Program-made: the position numbers and the translations under genes
Assembly: GCA_031396445.1 (NCBI GenBank)
Contig: JANNKU010000149.1
Span: 30,975 to 94,974 of the forward strand
DNA: 64,000 bases
DNA from: Deltaproteobacteria bacterium
GTDB lineage: Bacteria; Myxococcota_A; UBA9160; PR03
Reading direction: 5' to 3'
The notes under the pieces: model-generated
Databases searched by the model: none
What the model saw: the letters and a program-made list of their open reading frames with translations, nothing else
What the model was told of the DNA's origin: nothing
Shown here: positions 18,759 to 28,121 of the stretch, piece after piece
Numbering within the stretch: the stretch's first letter is position 1
Layout: the number at the start of each line of letters is the position of its first letter

Positions 18759-19340
18759 TCACGCACTCTTGCGGTGGCGGCGAAGACGCAGAGCGTGGAG
18801 GACCGACGGCACGTCGTGCCGACACTCCGCGGAGAGCACCGTGATGCCCAGCTCGTCGATCGCGCACACCACCTGGAAGAGCGCCGCGATGCGGAACGGC
18901 CACGCGATGTCGAAGAGCAGCAACAGCGGCGCGCTGATCCCCATCAACACCGAGCCCAACTTCACAGACCAGGTGTGGTAACCCGGCACCGCTCGATACT
19001 TGAGGTAGGCGATCGTCGTCGGCAGCAGCATGCAGGCGAGCGCGAGGATCACGTAGCGTGACTCGCGGCCGATGACCGCCGGCCACAGCCACCAGGCGGC
19101 GAGCGGCAGCGAAGTCCACAGCGCGAAGTCGCCCCACTGGTCGAGCCGCGCGCCAAATGCGGTCTCTCGACCGAGGCGCCGCGCGAGCACGCCGTCGAGG
19201 ACGTCGGACACGAGCCCGAGCGCGAACAGGATCAAGAACGGGGTCACGGCGCCGCGCCACGCGAACGCAAGCAGCACCGGCACACACACGATTCGGAACG
19301 CGCTGAGCAGGTTCGGAGCGCTGATGCGCGCTTCACCCAA
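18759..19340 (-). CDS. CDP-alcohol phosphatidyltransferase family protein
   Basis: The motif DVLDGVLARRLGRETAFGARLDQWGD fits D(x)2DG(x)2AR(x)8G(x)3D(x)3D. The protein is a polytopic membrane protein. Confidence 0.85.
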   Translation of the reverse strand: MGEARISAPNLLSAFRIVCVPVLLAFAWRGAVTPFLILFALGLVSDVLDGVLARRLGRETAFGARLDQWGDFALWTSLPLAAWWLWPAVIGRESRYVILALACMLLPTTIAYLKYRAVPGYHTWSVKLGSVLMGISAPLLLLFDIAWPFRIAALFQVVCAIDELGITVLSAECRHDVPSVLHALRLRRHRKSA

Positions 19341-19761
19341 CGGTGTCGCTCGGCGCGACGCGCTCGGTCCGGCGCCGCGCGCGCATCAGCAGCACGCCGG
19401 GGATCGACAACGCCGCAGCCTGCAGCAGACCGATGGCCCAGCCGTGCCCATTGGGACTGGCCTCACTCCAAACGAGATGAGAGAGCGCGATGTAGAACGA
19501 GTACGCGGCCGCTGCCGGAAGAATCCAGGAGCGTTGAAACCAGAAACCCCACGCGCCGACGAGGAACACAGCCCAGTGGAGCGGAGCCGTCACCAACGCG
19601 GCTGTGCCGCGCAACTCGAAGCCGAACCACACCTCGACGTCGCGCGTCTTGGCGACGAAGAGATCGCGCGGAACGAGAACGACCACGGTGACAAGACAGA
19701 AGATGGCGAGCGCCGTCATCCACCAGGGGCGTGCGTCGGACGGCGAAGCTGTGTCACGCAT
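19333..19761 (-). CDS. Membrane protein, function unknown
   Basis: Starts at MRDTASPSDARPWWMTALAIFCLV (CAT at 19759-19761). It has 4 TM segments, and its 3' end overlaps the phosphatidyltransferase start by 8 nt. Confidence 0.6.
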   Translation of the reverse strand: MRDTASPSDARPWWMTALAIFCLVTVVVLVPRDLFVAKTRDVEVWFGFELRGTAALVTAPLHWAVFLVGAWGFWFQRSWILPAAAAYSFYIALSHLVWSEASPNGHGWAIGLLQAAALSIPGVLLMRARRRTERVAPSDTVG

Positions 19762-19897
19762 GAATCTCGCTCCGCCTGACGACGCGGCGATCCGTTGCCG
19801 GCCGCCCTGGGTGTCAGCCCAGTCTCGTTTGCCAGTCGCAGCCGTGTCAACTCGCTCCGGAGGATCAGATCTTCGCCGGCGTACGAACTCCGAGCCT

Positions 19898-21685
19898 CTA
19901 TGCCTGGTAGCGGCGCGCCACTTCTTTGCGCATCCGCTCGGCGAGTTCGGGATTGCGGCGGACGACGCCAAGGAAGCGCTCGCGTGAAATCGCCCAGGTG
20001 AGCATGTGTGTGAGGGCGATCACGGTGGCGCTGCGCGGGCGATCTTCGAGCGGCCCGCGCTCGCCGATGACGTCGCCTTCGCCGACGTCGCGCACGGCGC
20101 CGCCGTCGATCGTGACGAGCGCTTCGCCCTCGGCGATCGCGTAACACTCGTTCGATTCGGCGCCTTCGAGACAGAGCGCATCGCCGGGCTCGAAGCTGAG
20201 CGGGTACGCGGTGGCCGCGAGTTCGTCGAGCTCGGCGGCGTCGCAGAGGCGCAGCACGGCAGTGCGCGCGAGCAGCGCCGCGGTTGCCACGCGATCGCCG
20301 CGCACCGCTTCGCCGCGTTCGGCGCGCGCGCGCAGCGCCTCGCGCCAGCTTCCGTCGTCGGCGGGGCGCAGACCGAGCACCACCGCGTCGAGATCGAGCG
20401 GCGTCGGTGACGCAGCCTTCGTTGCGGCAGCCGCGGGCCGCGCGACGTGCGTTCGTGTCGCGGGTGACGGCTGGGCGTGACACACGAGATCGAGCGACTC
20501 GAGGCCGCGCAACGTCAGCCGGTCCATGAAGCGCGGTTCGGCTGCGAGTTCGATCGTGCCGAAGCGCGCGAGCAGTGCGCGGAACACGACGTCCACCTCG
20601 AGGCGCGCGAGCGACGCGCCGAGGCAGAAGTGCACGCCGCCGCCGAGGCTCAACGGATCGACGTTCGCGCGCGCGAGGTCGAAGCGGTCGGGATCCGGGT
20701 TGCGCGCGGGGTCGTGATTGCCGGCGCCGAGCAGCACCAGCACCGGCTCGCCGGCGGGGATCGCAACGCCACACACTTCCACGGGCGCAGTCGTGACGCG
20801 CGCGGCCATCTGCACGGTGCCGTCGTAGCGGAGCAGCTCGTCAGGGAGATTCTCGAATAGCGCGGGATCCGCGCGCAGCGCCGCGAGTTGATCGGGATGG
20901 CGCAGCAGCGCCAGCACGCCATTGCCGATCAAGTTCGTCGTCGTCTCGAAGCCGGCGGCGAAGAGCAGCGTCGCGAGCGTCACGAGTTCGTCGTCATCGA
21001 GGCGATCGCCGGCTTCGGGCCGCGCGAGCAGCGAGATCAGATCGTCGGCGGGATTGCGCCGCTTGGCGGCGATCAGTTCGAGGAAGTAGGCGCGAATCTC
21101 GAGCTGCGCTGCGTCGGCGGCCGCGATCATCGCGGCGCTCGGCTGCTGCTCGAGCGTGCCGACGAGATCGCGCACCAGCTTGCGGAACGGGGGCCGGTCC
21201 GCGACGGGAATGCCGAGCATCTCGCCGATCACCGTGACCGGAAGCGGGAACGCGACGGCGTCGAGCAGATCACCGCCGCCCTGTTTCTCGTAGTCGTCGA
21301 TCAGCGACGAGACGCTGCGCTCCATCGTCTCGCGCAGCGCATCGACACGGCGACGTGTGAAGCCCTTAACCACGAGTTTGCGCAAACGCGTGTGCTCCGG
21401 GCCATCGACGTTCAGCATCGAGTGCTCGCCGCGCGTGAGCGACGGGTGCTCGCGCCACTTCGGCCCGAAGCGCGCCTCGGTCTGGCGCGCGTAGTCCTTG
21501 CCGAAGCGCGGATCGCGCAGCGCGGCGCGGACGTCGTCAAAGCGCGAGAGCATCCACGACCCAAACGCGCTTCGGTGTACCGGCGCCGCGGCGCGCAACT
21601 CGTGATAGAGCGGATACGGATTGCGGCGACCTTCCGGCGTCGCGAAGAGCTCGAAGGCGATCTCGGTGGCCGGGCGCATCGTCAT
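19898..21685 (-). CDS. Cytochrome P450 fused to a C-terminal cyclic-nucleotide-binding (CAP_ED) domain
   Basis: P450 hallmarks are the I-helix AAGFETTTN, ExxR (DELLRYD) and the heme loop GGGVHFCLGASLA. After an Ala/Pro linker of about 60 aa comes a cNMP-binding fold (FEPGDALCLEGAESNECYAIAEGEA...GERGPLEDRPRSATVIALTHMLTWAI), at about 19901-20280. Confidence 0.9.
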   Translation of the reverse strand: MTMRPATEIAFELFATPEGRRNPYPLYHELRAAAPVHRSAFGSWMLSRFDDVRAALRDPRFGKDYARQTEARFGPKWREHPSLTRGEHSMLNVDGPEHTRLRKLVVKGFTRRRVDALRETMERSVSSLIDDYEKQGGGDLLDAVAFPLPVTVIGEMLGIPVADRPPFRKLVRDLVGTLEQQPSAAMIAAADAAQLEIRAYFLELIAAKRRNPADDLISLLARPEAGDRLDDDELVTLATLLFAAGFETTTNLIGNGVLALLRHPDQLAALRADPALFENLPDELLRYDGTVQMAARVTTAPVEVCGVAIPAGEPVLVLLGAGNHDPARNPDPDRFDLARANVDPLSLGGGVHFCLGASLARLEVDVVFRALLARFGTIELAAEPRFMDRLTLRGLESLDLVCHAQPSPATRTHVARPAAAATKAASPTPLDLDAVVLGLRPADDGSWREALRARAERGEAVRGDRVATAALLARTAVLRLCDAAELDELAATAYPLSFEPGDALCLEGAESNECYAIAEGEALVTIDGGAVRDVGEGDVIGERGPLEDRPRSATVIALTHMLTWAISRERFLGVVRRNPELAERMRKEVARRYQA

Positions 21686-21837
21686 GGAATCCCCTCGACG
21701 TGGTCAGCCGTCGCGGGACGATGGCACGTCCGGCGCGGCTTCCCTGTGAGCCAGATCACAGTGCGAGATCCATTTTCTCAAGTTGCGCGGGGGTCTGCGC
21801 CTGTAGAATCGCGACTGCGCCTGCACCGGAGTCCTGG

Positions 21838-22662
21838 ATGGCTCAGACCGAGATCGCGATCGTCCTGATGCGCCAGCTCGCGAGCACCCTCGCGGTGCCG
21901 ATCCTGATCGTCGATCGCGCGCGCGATCTGCTTTTCTTCAACGAATCCGCCGAGCCGATCCTCGGGCGCCGCTTCGAGGAAACCGGGCAGATCCAGCGCG
22001 GCGAGTGGACCGGCCTGTTTCGGCCGGCCGACCTCGATGGCGTCGCGATTCCGCCCGAGGAGCAGCCGCTCACGCGCGCCACCGATCGCGCCGAGCCGTC
22101 GCATCGCCGGTTTCTGTTGACGGGGCTCGATGGCGTGGCGCGCGTCATCGAGGGCGTCGCCTTTCCGCTCGCGACGCGGGAGTCGGGCATGATGGGCGCC
22201 GCCGGCATTTTCTGGGACGTGCACGAACAGGATGCGGCTCCGCCGGCGCCGGAGGCGAATCCGCCTTCGCGCACCCGACACGCCGTCGAGGTGATCCTGC
22301 TCCGAAGGCTCGCGGACCGACTGCTGATGCCGATCTTCGTCACGGATTCCGACGGCCACCTGCTCTTCTACAACCCCGCAGCGGAACCCCTGCTCGGGCG
22401 ACCCTTCTCTGCGTTGGGTCCCGTGCCGCTGCGCGAGTGGTATGGCGCATTCCAGCCGACCGACGACGAAGGCTCGCCGATCCAGATCGAAGACCATCCA
22501 CTGAGTGTCGCGCGCCTCCAGCAGCGGCCGAGCTACCGGCGCCTCTCGTACCAGGGCCTCGACGGCGTGAAGCGTCGTGTCGAAGCCACCGCATTCCCGC
22601 TGCTGGGTCACAGCAACCGGCACCTCGGCGCCGTCGGGATCTTCTGGGAGAGCGCGCGATGA
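21838..22662 (+). CDS. Tandem PAS-domain protein (no output domain)
   Basis: Starts at MAQTEIAIVL. Two internally repeated halves of about 120 aa are visible: ...PILIVDRARDLLFFNESAEPILGRRF...GAAGIFWD and ...PIFVTDSDGHLLFYNPAAEPLLGRPF...GAVGIFWE. Confidence 0.75.
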   Translation: MAQTEIAIVLMRQLASTLAVPILIVDRARDLLFFNESAEPILGRRFEETGQIQRGEWTGLFRPADLDGVAIPPEEQPLTRATDRAEPSHRRFLLTGLDGVARVIEGVAFPLATRESGMMGAAGIFWDVHEQDAAPPAPEANPPSRTRHAVEVILLRRLADRLLMPIFVTDSDGHLLFYNPAAEPLLGRPFSALGPVPLREWYGAFQPTDDEGSPIQIEDHPLSVARLQQRPSYRRLSYQGLDGVKRRVEATAFPLLGHSNRHLGAVGIFWESAR

Positions 22663-23534
22663 AGGTCACGCTCTGGGGCACGCGCGGGTCGCTGCCGTCG
22701 CCGGGACCGGAGACGACGCAATACGGTGGCAACACGTCGTGCGTCGAAGTGCGCGCGGCGAACGGCAGCCTGCTCGTGCTCGATGCCGGAACGGGAATCC
22801 GCCGATTGGGCGACAGCATCGCCGACGAAGTCCAGCGCGTGGATCTGCTGCTGACGCACCTCCACATGGATCACATCCAGGGCTTGGGATTCTTCGAGCC
22901 GCTCTTTCGTCCCGAGACGGAGGTGCACATCTGGGGGCCGTCCTCGACCACGCTCGATCTGCGCACGCGCCTGTCGCGCTATCTGTCGCCGCCGCTCTTC
23001 CCGGTGCGCCTGCGCGATCTCCCGCGTCAGCCGACCTTTCACGATGTGGTGTCACTCGGCGCATTCCGCATCGGTCCCTTCGAGATCCATGCCGAGCTGG
23101 TCTGCCATCCAGGGCCGACGGTGGGCTATCGCATCGACGCCGATGGTGTGTCGATCGCCTACATCCCCGATCATGAACCGGCGCTGGGACTCGATGTATT
23201 CCCGGGCGACCTCGACTACGTGCCCGGCCTCGGGCTCGCGCAGGGCGTGGACCTGCTGATCCACGACGCGATGTACTCGGCAGCCGAGTACCCGCAGCAC
23301 GTCGGCTGGGGACATTCTTCGCTCGGTCAGGCGCTCGCCTTTGCTGGCGCTGCGGGCGCGAAGCGACTCGTGACCTTCCACCATGATCCGAGCCACGGCG
23401 ATGAAGAGTTGGAGCGACTCTTTGCCGAGGTGACCGCGTCACCGCTTCCCTGCGAGCTGGTGCGCGGGTGCGAAGGCGCCGTCTTCGAAGTGTCGGCCAT
23501 GCGGCGCGCCGCGGCGGATGGAGTGCGCGCGTGA
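22659..23534 (+). CDS. MBL-fold metallo-hydrolase
   Basis: The ATG overlaps the PAS gene stop (ATGA). The sequence begins MKVTLWGTRGS...NTSC and carries the HxHxDH motif LLLTHLHMDHIQG, followed by later His/Asp ligands (IHDAMY, FHHDP). Confidence 0.88.
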   Translation: MKVTLWGTRGSLPSPGPETTQYGGNTSCVEVRAANGSLLVLDAGTGIRRLGDSIADEVQRVDLLLTHLHMDHIQGLGFFEPLFRPETEVHIWGPSSTTLDLRTRLSRYLSPPLFPVRLRDLPRQPTFHDVVSLGAFRIGPFEIHAELVCHPGPTVGYRIDADGVSIAYIPDHEPALGLDVFPGDLDYVPGLGLAQGVDLLIHDAMYSAAEYPQHVGWGHSSLGQALAFAGAAGAKRLVTFHHDPSHGDEELERLFAEVTASPLPCELVRGCEGAVFEVSAMRRAAADGVRA

Positions 23535-23600
23535 TCTGCACTTTCTGCGGCGATTGCAGAGCGCGCCTGTCACGGGCGATCCGGAAATCGCGGGGCTAGG

Positions 23601-23840
23601 GTGGCATCCATGTCGGCCGAAGAGCGCGAACGCGATCACATGCGCCGCATCGGCGCGTACAAGGCGGCATCTCACGACGAGGCGGCGGCGCGCCATCTCT
23701 CTCTCTCTCTTTCCGAGCGACTCGAACGGAGTTGGCAGCTCTACCTCGAAGGGCGCTCGGCGGCGGCACTCGATCAGCGCGACGACGATCCCTCGCCGTT
23801 CTACGAAAAGGCCCGCGCCCTCGGCCTCTACCGACCGTGA
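23601..23840 (+). CDS. Small hypothetical protein (possible partner/antitoxin of the downstream nucleotidyltransferase)
   Basis: 79 aa. Its stop overlaps the downstream GTG start (GTGA). It contains an in-frame (TC)n tract. Confidence 0.45.
   Translation: MASMSAEERERDHMRRIGAYKAASHDEAAARHLSLSLSERLERSWQLYLEGRSAAALDQRDDDPSPFYEKARALGLYRP
23696..23711 (+). repeat. (TC)7 dinucleotide microsatellite inside a CDS
   Basis: tctctctctctctctt, read directly from the sequence. It encodes SLSLS in the 23601..23840 ORF. Confidence 0.9.
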
Positions 23841-24364
23841 GCAGCTCGGCGGTCGTGCGCATCGCCGAACTCTTCGCGCGCGCCGAGGTGGCGTACGCAG
23901 TGATCGGCGCGCACGGCGTCAATGCGTGGCTCGAGCCGCGCTTCACCGCAGACATCGATGTCACGGTAGACATCGATGCGCCCGCAATGCTGCGCCTGCG
24001 CCGCGTCTTCGCAGATTCTGGCTACGAAGCCACCCTCGAATACGGCGGCCATCTGCCTTCGGGACCGGACTTCGTTCGATTCGCGTCGGCGGATCGGATC
24101 ACGATCGTGGAGATCCAGACCGCGAAGACGGCGCTGCAACGCGAAGTGGTGCGTCGCGCGCGCGCCTCGTCGGAAGGAATCCGCGTCGCCACGCCCGAAG
24201 ATCTGATCGTGTTGAAGCTGATTGCAGATCGGCCGAAGGACCAGCTCGACCTGCTCGGTCTCGTTGCACTTCCGGATCTCGATTGGGCGCATGTGGAGCG
24301 CTGGGCGGCGGAGTGGGACGTCGCGGAGCGACTCGCCACGCTGCGCCGCGATGGGTCCCGATAG
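23837..24364 (+). CDS. Nucleotidyltransferase-fold protein (AbiEii/DUF6036-like, tentative)
   Basis: GTG start. YAVIGAHGVNAWLEPRFTADIDVTV fits the G-x-n-R-x-T-x-D-x-D pattern of the minimal NTase fold. The C-terminal LIVLKLIADRPKDQLDL is typical of these small NTases. Confidence 0.6.
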   Translation: MSSSAVVRIAELFARAEVAYAVIGAHGVNAWLEPRFTADIDVTVDIDAPAMLRLRRVFADSGYEATLEYGGHLPSGPDFVRFASADRITIVEIQTAKTALQREVVRRARASSEGIRVATPEDLIVLKLIADRPKDQLDLLGLVALPDLDWAHVERWAAEWDVAERLATLRRDGSR

Positions 24365-24402
24365 ATTGCGCTCCGTGGCGTCGCGATAGAGTGTCGGGCG
24401 CC

Positions 24403-27400
24403 ATGACTTGCACGGCCTGCGGCCACGCCAATCCCGTGCGGACGAAGTTCTGCTCCGCGTGCGGAGCGCCTGCCGCCGCACGTTGTGGGAGCTGCGGCAG
24501 CGAACTTCCGGCTGGCGTGAACTTCTGCGGCGAATGCGGCGCGAAGGTCGCGGGAGCGCCGAGAGCCTCGCCCGACCGCTCGCCGCGCGACTACACGCCG
24601 CGTCACCTCGCCGACAAGATCCTGCAATCGAAGTCGGCGCTCGAAGGCGAGCGCAAGCAGGTCACCGTGCTCTTCGCCGACGTGAAGGGCTCGATGGAAC
24701 TCGCCGAGCACCTCGACCCCGAAGAGTGGCACCGCATCCTCGAGCGCTTCTTCGAGATCCTCACCGAAGGCGTCCACCGCTTCGAAGGCACCGTCAACCA
24801 GTACACCGGCGACGGGATCATGGCGCTCTTCGGCGCGCCGATCGCGCACGAGGATCACGCACAGCGCGCCTGCTACGCGGCGCTGCACCTGCGCGACGCG
24901 TTGCGTGGCTACGCAGACGAGCTGCGACGCACGGCGGGGCTCAGCTTGTCGACGCGCATCGGCATCAACTCCGGCGAGGTGGTCGTCGGCAAGATCGGCG
25001 ACGACCTGCGCATGGACTACACCGCGCAAGGACAGACGGTCGGCCTCGCGCAGCGCATGGAGCAGTGCGCCGCTGCCGACAGCAGCTACTTGACGGCGCA
25101 CACCGCTCGACTCGTCGAAGGCTACTTCCAGGTTCGCGATCTCGGTGACTTCGAGCTGAAGGGAGTTTCCGCACCGCTGCGCGTCTACGAGCTGCAAGGC
25201 GTCGGCGCGCTGCGCACGCGGCTCGACTCCTCGCGTTCGCGCGGTTTCTCGAAGTTCGTCGGCCGCGATCGCGAGATGGCGAGTCTTGAGAGCGCGCTCG
25301 ACGCGGCGATCGCGGGACACGGGCAGGTGGTGGGCGTCGTGGCCGATGCGGGCACCGGCAAGAGCCGCCTCTGCCTCGAGTTCGTCGAGCGCTGCCGCGC
25401 GCGCGGCATCCGCGTGAACGAGGCCCACTGCCCGGCGCACGGCAAGACGGTTCCGTATCTGCCGCTGCTCGAGATGCTGCGCGACATCTTCGGTATCGAA
25501 GCACGCGACAGCGATCACGAGGCGCGCCGCAAGATCGCCGGCGAACTGATGCTGCTCGACGAGAGCTTCCAGACGCTGCTGCCGATCTTGTTCGAGTTCA
25601 TGGGCGTCGCAGACCCGGCGAAGCCCGCGCCGCCGATGAGCCCGGAAGGTCGCCAGCAAAAGCTCTTCGCATTTGTGCGTCACCTGGTGCAGGCGCGCAG
25701 CGAACGCGAGCCGGCGGTGCTGCTGCTCGACGACCTGCACTGGATCGACCCGGGCAGCGACGCGTTCCTCGCGCACTCGGTCGAAGCCGCGGCGCAGACG
25801 CGCACACTGTGGCTGGTGAACTTCCGGCCGGAGTATCACGCCGATTGGATGAGCAAGTCATTCTACCAGCAGCTTCCGCTGCGACCGCTCGGCGCCGAAG
25901 CGATCGCCGCGCTGCTCGCGGATCTGCTCGGCAACGATGTGTCGGTCGCGGCGCTACCCGCGCGGATCCACGAGCGCACCGGCGGCAATCCGTTCTTCAT
26001 CGAGGAGATCGTGCAGTCGCTGGTCGAGAACGGGAGTCTCGTCGGAACAAAGGGTGCCTACCGACTGGCGACCGCCGCCGACGCGCTCGAACTGCCGAGC
26101 ACCGTGCAGAGCGTGCTCGCCGCGCGCCTCGATCGACTGCCCGAGCGCGAGAAGCGACTGCTGCAAACGGCGTCGGTACTCGGCAAGGAGTTCTCCGGCG
26201 CGCTGCTCGAAAGTGTCGTCGCGACGTCCGGACGCCATGGGATCGGCGACGCCGAACTCGCCGATTCCCTCGCTGCGCTCGCGCGCGCCGAGTTCATTTT
26301 CGAGGCATCGCTCTATCCCGAGGTCGAGTACGCGTTCAAGCATCCGCTGACGCAGGAGGTCGCGTACAAGTCGCAGCTCGGGGCGCGACGCGCCGAGCTA
26401 CACGCAGCCGTCGCGCGCGCGATCGAGCAACTACACGCCGACAAACTCGACGAGCGCGCCGCGCTACTCGCGTATCACTGGGAGCAGGCGGGCGAGGCGC
26501 TGACGGCGGCGCAGTGGCACGCGCGCGCGGCCGGCGTCGCCGGCTTCGATTCTCCGGTGGAAGCCGTGCGACACTGGGAAAGCGTCTGGGAGATCCTTCA
26601 GGCCGCGCCAGCCTCGGACGAGGGCGTGGCGCTGCGACTGCGCGCGGCGGGCGAGCTGCTGAACTTCGGCTGGCGCGTGGGCATGACGCACGAGCGCGCC
26701 GCCCAGATCTTCGGCGAGGGAAAGGCGCTCGCCATCGAACGCGGCGACGTCCGCGAGCAGGTGCGCCTCCACAACGCACTCGCGTTGATCCATGCCTCGC
26801 GTGGGGATCCGCGGCGAGCCATCGCGCTCTTCGAAGAGTCCGTCGTGCTGGCGGATGCGACCGGCGATCCCGAGCTGCGGTGGTCGGCGCGAACCGCCTT
26901 CGACTTCACGCTCTGGCTGGTCGGGGATCTCGACCGCGCACAGCGGATGAACGACGAGCAGATCGCGCTCGGCGAAGTCGATCCCGCGCTCGGGATCGCG
27001 ACGGTCGGACTCAGCACCGCCGACTCCCTCTGGCACCGAGGGGTGATCCTGAGGGATCTCGGCCGCTTTCAAGAAGCGGCCGCAGCGTTCCAGCGTGCCG
27101 ACGAGCGAGCGCTGCGCTTCGGCGAGAACGAGATGGCGAGCTGGATCGAATTCATGCGGGCGGACACTCTCGAGCGTGCCGGCGACACATCGGGAGCGCT
27201 GTCGATCGCCCGGCGCGCGATCGAGTCCGCCGAGAAGATCGGCAGCGTGCTCGGCCGCGTTGGGGCCCACGCCAGCTACGGGATGGCTTGCGTCTTGGCC
27301 GAGCAGTGGCAGAGCGCCCGAGAGAGCCTCGACTTCGCGCTGGAACTGGGTCGCGCCAAGCACGTAGGCCTCTTTTTCGAGCCCTACTTCGTGGCAGCGC

Positions 27401-27786
27401 TCGCCGAGGCGCATCTCGGCCTCGGCGACGAGCCGCGCGCGCGACAGGTCGCCGAGGAAGCGCACGAGATCGCGTTGCGCGCGCAGATGCTGGTTGCCGA
27501 CGTGCGCGCGCTGCTCGCCGGCGTCCGCGTGCGGCTGACGCTCGATGGCGTAGATGCGCGCGAGCAGATCGAGTCCACGCTCGATCGCGCGCTCGCGCTC
27601 GTGCGCTCGACCGGCGCGCGTTCGTTCGAGCCGCAGATCCACGTCGAGCGCGCGCGACTCGCGGGCCTGCTCTCCGACGCGGTCGGCCGCGAGCAGTGGT
27701 TGCGCGAGGCGCATCGCCTCTTCACCGAGATGGGCGCGACGGGGCACGCCGAGCGCGTGGCTCTGCTGTTGGCGTCGCCGCGATGA
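24403..27786 (+). CDS. Double zinc-ribbon / class III adenylate-guanylate cyclase / STAND P-loop NTPase / TPR protein (paralog 1)
   Basis: Begins MTCTACGHANPVRTKFCSACG...CGSCGSELPAGVNFCGECGA. The cyclase core is ERKQVTVLFADVKGS...YTGDGIMALFGAP...GINSGEVVVGKIG. Walker A is ADAGTGKSRL, and LLLDDLHWID is also present. The C-terminal roughly 450 aa are helical repeats. Confidence 0.93.
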   Translation: MTCTACGHANPVRTKFCSACGAPAAARCGSCGSELPAGVNFCGECGAKVAGAPRASPDRSPRDYTPRHLADKILQSKSALEGERKQVTVLFADVKGSMELAEHLDPEEWHRILERFFEILTEGVHRFEGTVNQYTGDGIMALFGAPIAHEDHAQRACYAALHLRDALRGYADELRRTAGLSLSTRIGINSGEVVVGKIGDDLRMDYTAQGQTVGLAQRMEQCAAADSSYLTAHTARLVEGYFQVRDLGDFELKGVSAPLRVYELQGVGALRTRLDSSRSRGFSKFVGRDREMASLESALDAAIAGHGQVVGVVADAGTGKSRLCLEFVERCRARGIRVNEAHCPAHGKTVPYLPLLEMLRDIFGIEARDSDHEARRKIAGELMLLDESFQTLLPILFEFMGVADPAKPAPPMSPEGRQQKLFAFVRHLVQARSEREPAVLLLDDLHWIDPGSDAFLAHSVEAAAQTRTLWLVNFRPEYHADWMSKSFYQQLPLRPLGAEAIAALLADLLGNDVSVAALPARIHERTGGNPFFIEEIVQSLVENGSLVGTKGAYRLATAADALELPSTVQSVLAARLDRLPEREKRLLQTASVLGKEFSGALLESVVATSGRHGIGDAELADSLAALARAEFIFEASLYPEVEYAFKHPLTQEVAYKSQLGARRAELHAAVARAIEQLHADKLDERAALLAYHWEQAGEALTAAQWHARAAGVAGFDSPVEAVRHWESVWEILQAAPASDEGVALRLRAAGELLNFGWRVGMTHERAAQIFGEGKALAIERGDVREQVRLHNALALIHASRGDPRRAIALFEESVVLADATGDPELRWSARTAFDFTLWLVGDLDRAQRMNDEQIALGEVDPALGIATVGLSTADSLWHRGVILRDLGRFQEAAAAFQRADERALRFGENEMASWIEFMRADTLERAGDTSGALSIARRAIESAEKIGSVLGRVGAHASYGMACVLAEQWQSARESLDFALELGRAKHVGLFFEPYFVAALAEAHLGLGDEPRARQVAEEAHEIALRAQMLVADVRALLAGVRVRLTLDGVDAREQIESTLDRALALVRSTGARSFEPQIHVERARLAGLLSDAVGREQWLREAHRLFTEMGATGHAERVALLLASPR

Positions 27787-28112
27787 ATCTGCTCGACGTC
27801 GTCCGCGAGGTCCGGCGCCACCTCGAAGAGAACGGCCGCTTGTCGCTGCGCATGTTGCAACGGCAATTCGAGCTCGACGACGCTGCGCTGGAGGAAGTCG
27901 TCGAGGAGCTGGTCGACGTGCAGCGCGTCGCGCGCCGCGAAGAGAACGCGCTCGCCTGGGTCGCATCGACTCCGCCCGCGAACCTCGCGCCGCCCGAACG
28001 CGATCCGCGCTCCTACACCCCGAAGCACCTCGCCGAGAAGATCCTGCAATCCAAGTCCGCGCTGGAGGGCGAGCGGAAGCAGGCCAGTGCCGCGCTAGGT
28101 TGGCGCCGATAG
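27783..28112 (+). pseudogene. 5' fragment of a fourth cyclase-STAND paralog (wHTH-type N-terminus), truncated exactly at the start of the cyclase domain
   Basis: The ATG overlaps the paralog 1 stop (ATGA). MNLLDVVREVRRHLEENGRLSLRMLQRQF...DPRSYTPKHLAEKILQSKSALEGERKQ aligns colinearly with the N-terminus of paralog 2. Homology ends after nt 28083 and the frame then reads ASAALGWRR-stop. Confidence 0.75.
28002..28083 (+). repeat. 82-nt conserved linker repeat (copy A), shared with 30157-30238
   Basis: By eye alignment 76 of 82 nt are identical to copy B, and all differences fall at codon third positions. It encodes DPRSYTPKHLAEKILQSKSALEGERKQ. Confidence 0.85.
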
Positions 28113-28121
28113 GAGCCTGCA

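Noticed and set aside
23518-24402. N-terminal 295-aa extension of the 1422-aa ORF (cyclase paralog 1)
   Set aside because: The extension is Arg-rich nonsense overlapping two better ORFs. Paralog 3 supports a start directly at the double zinc-ribbon (MTCTACG / MNCNACG).
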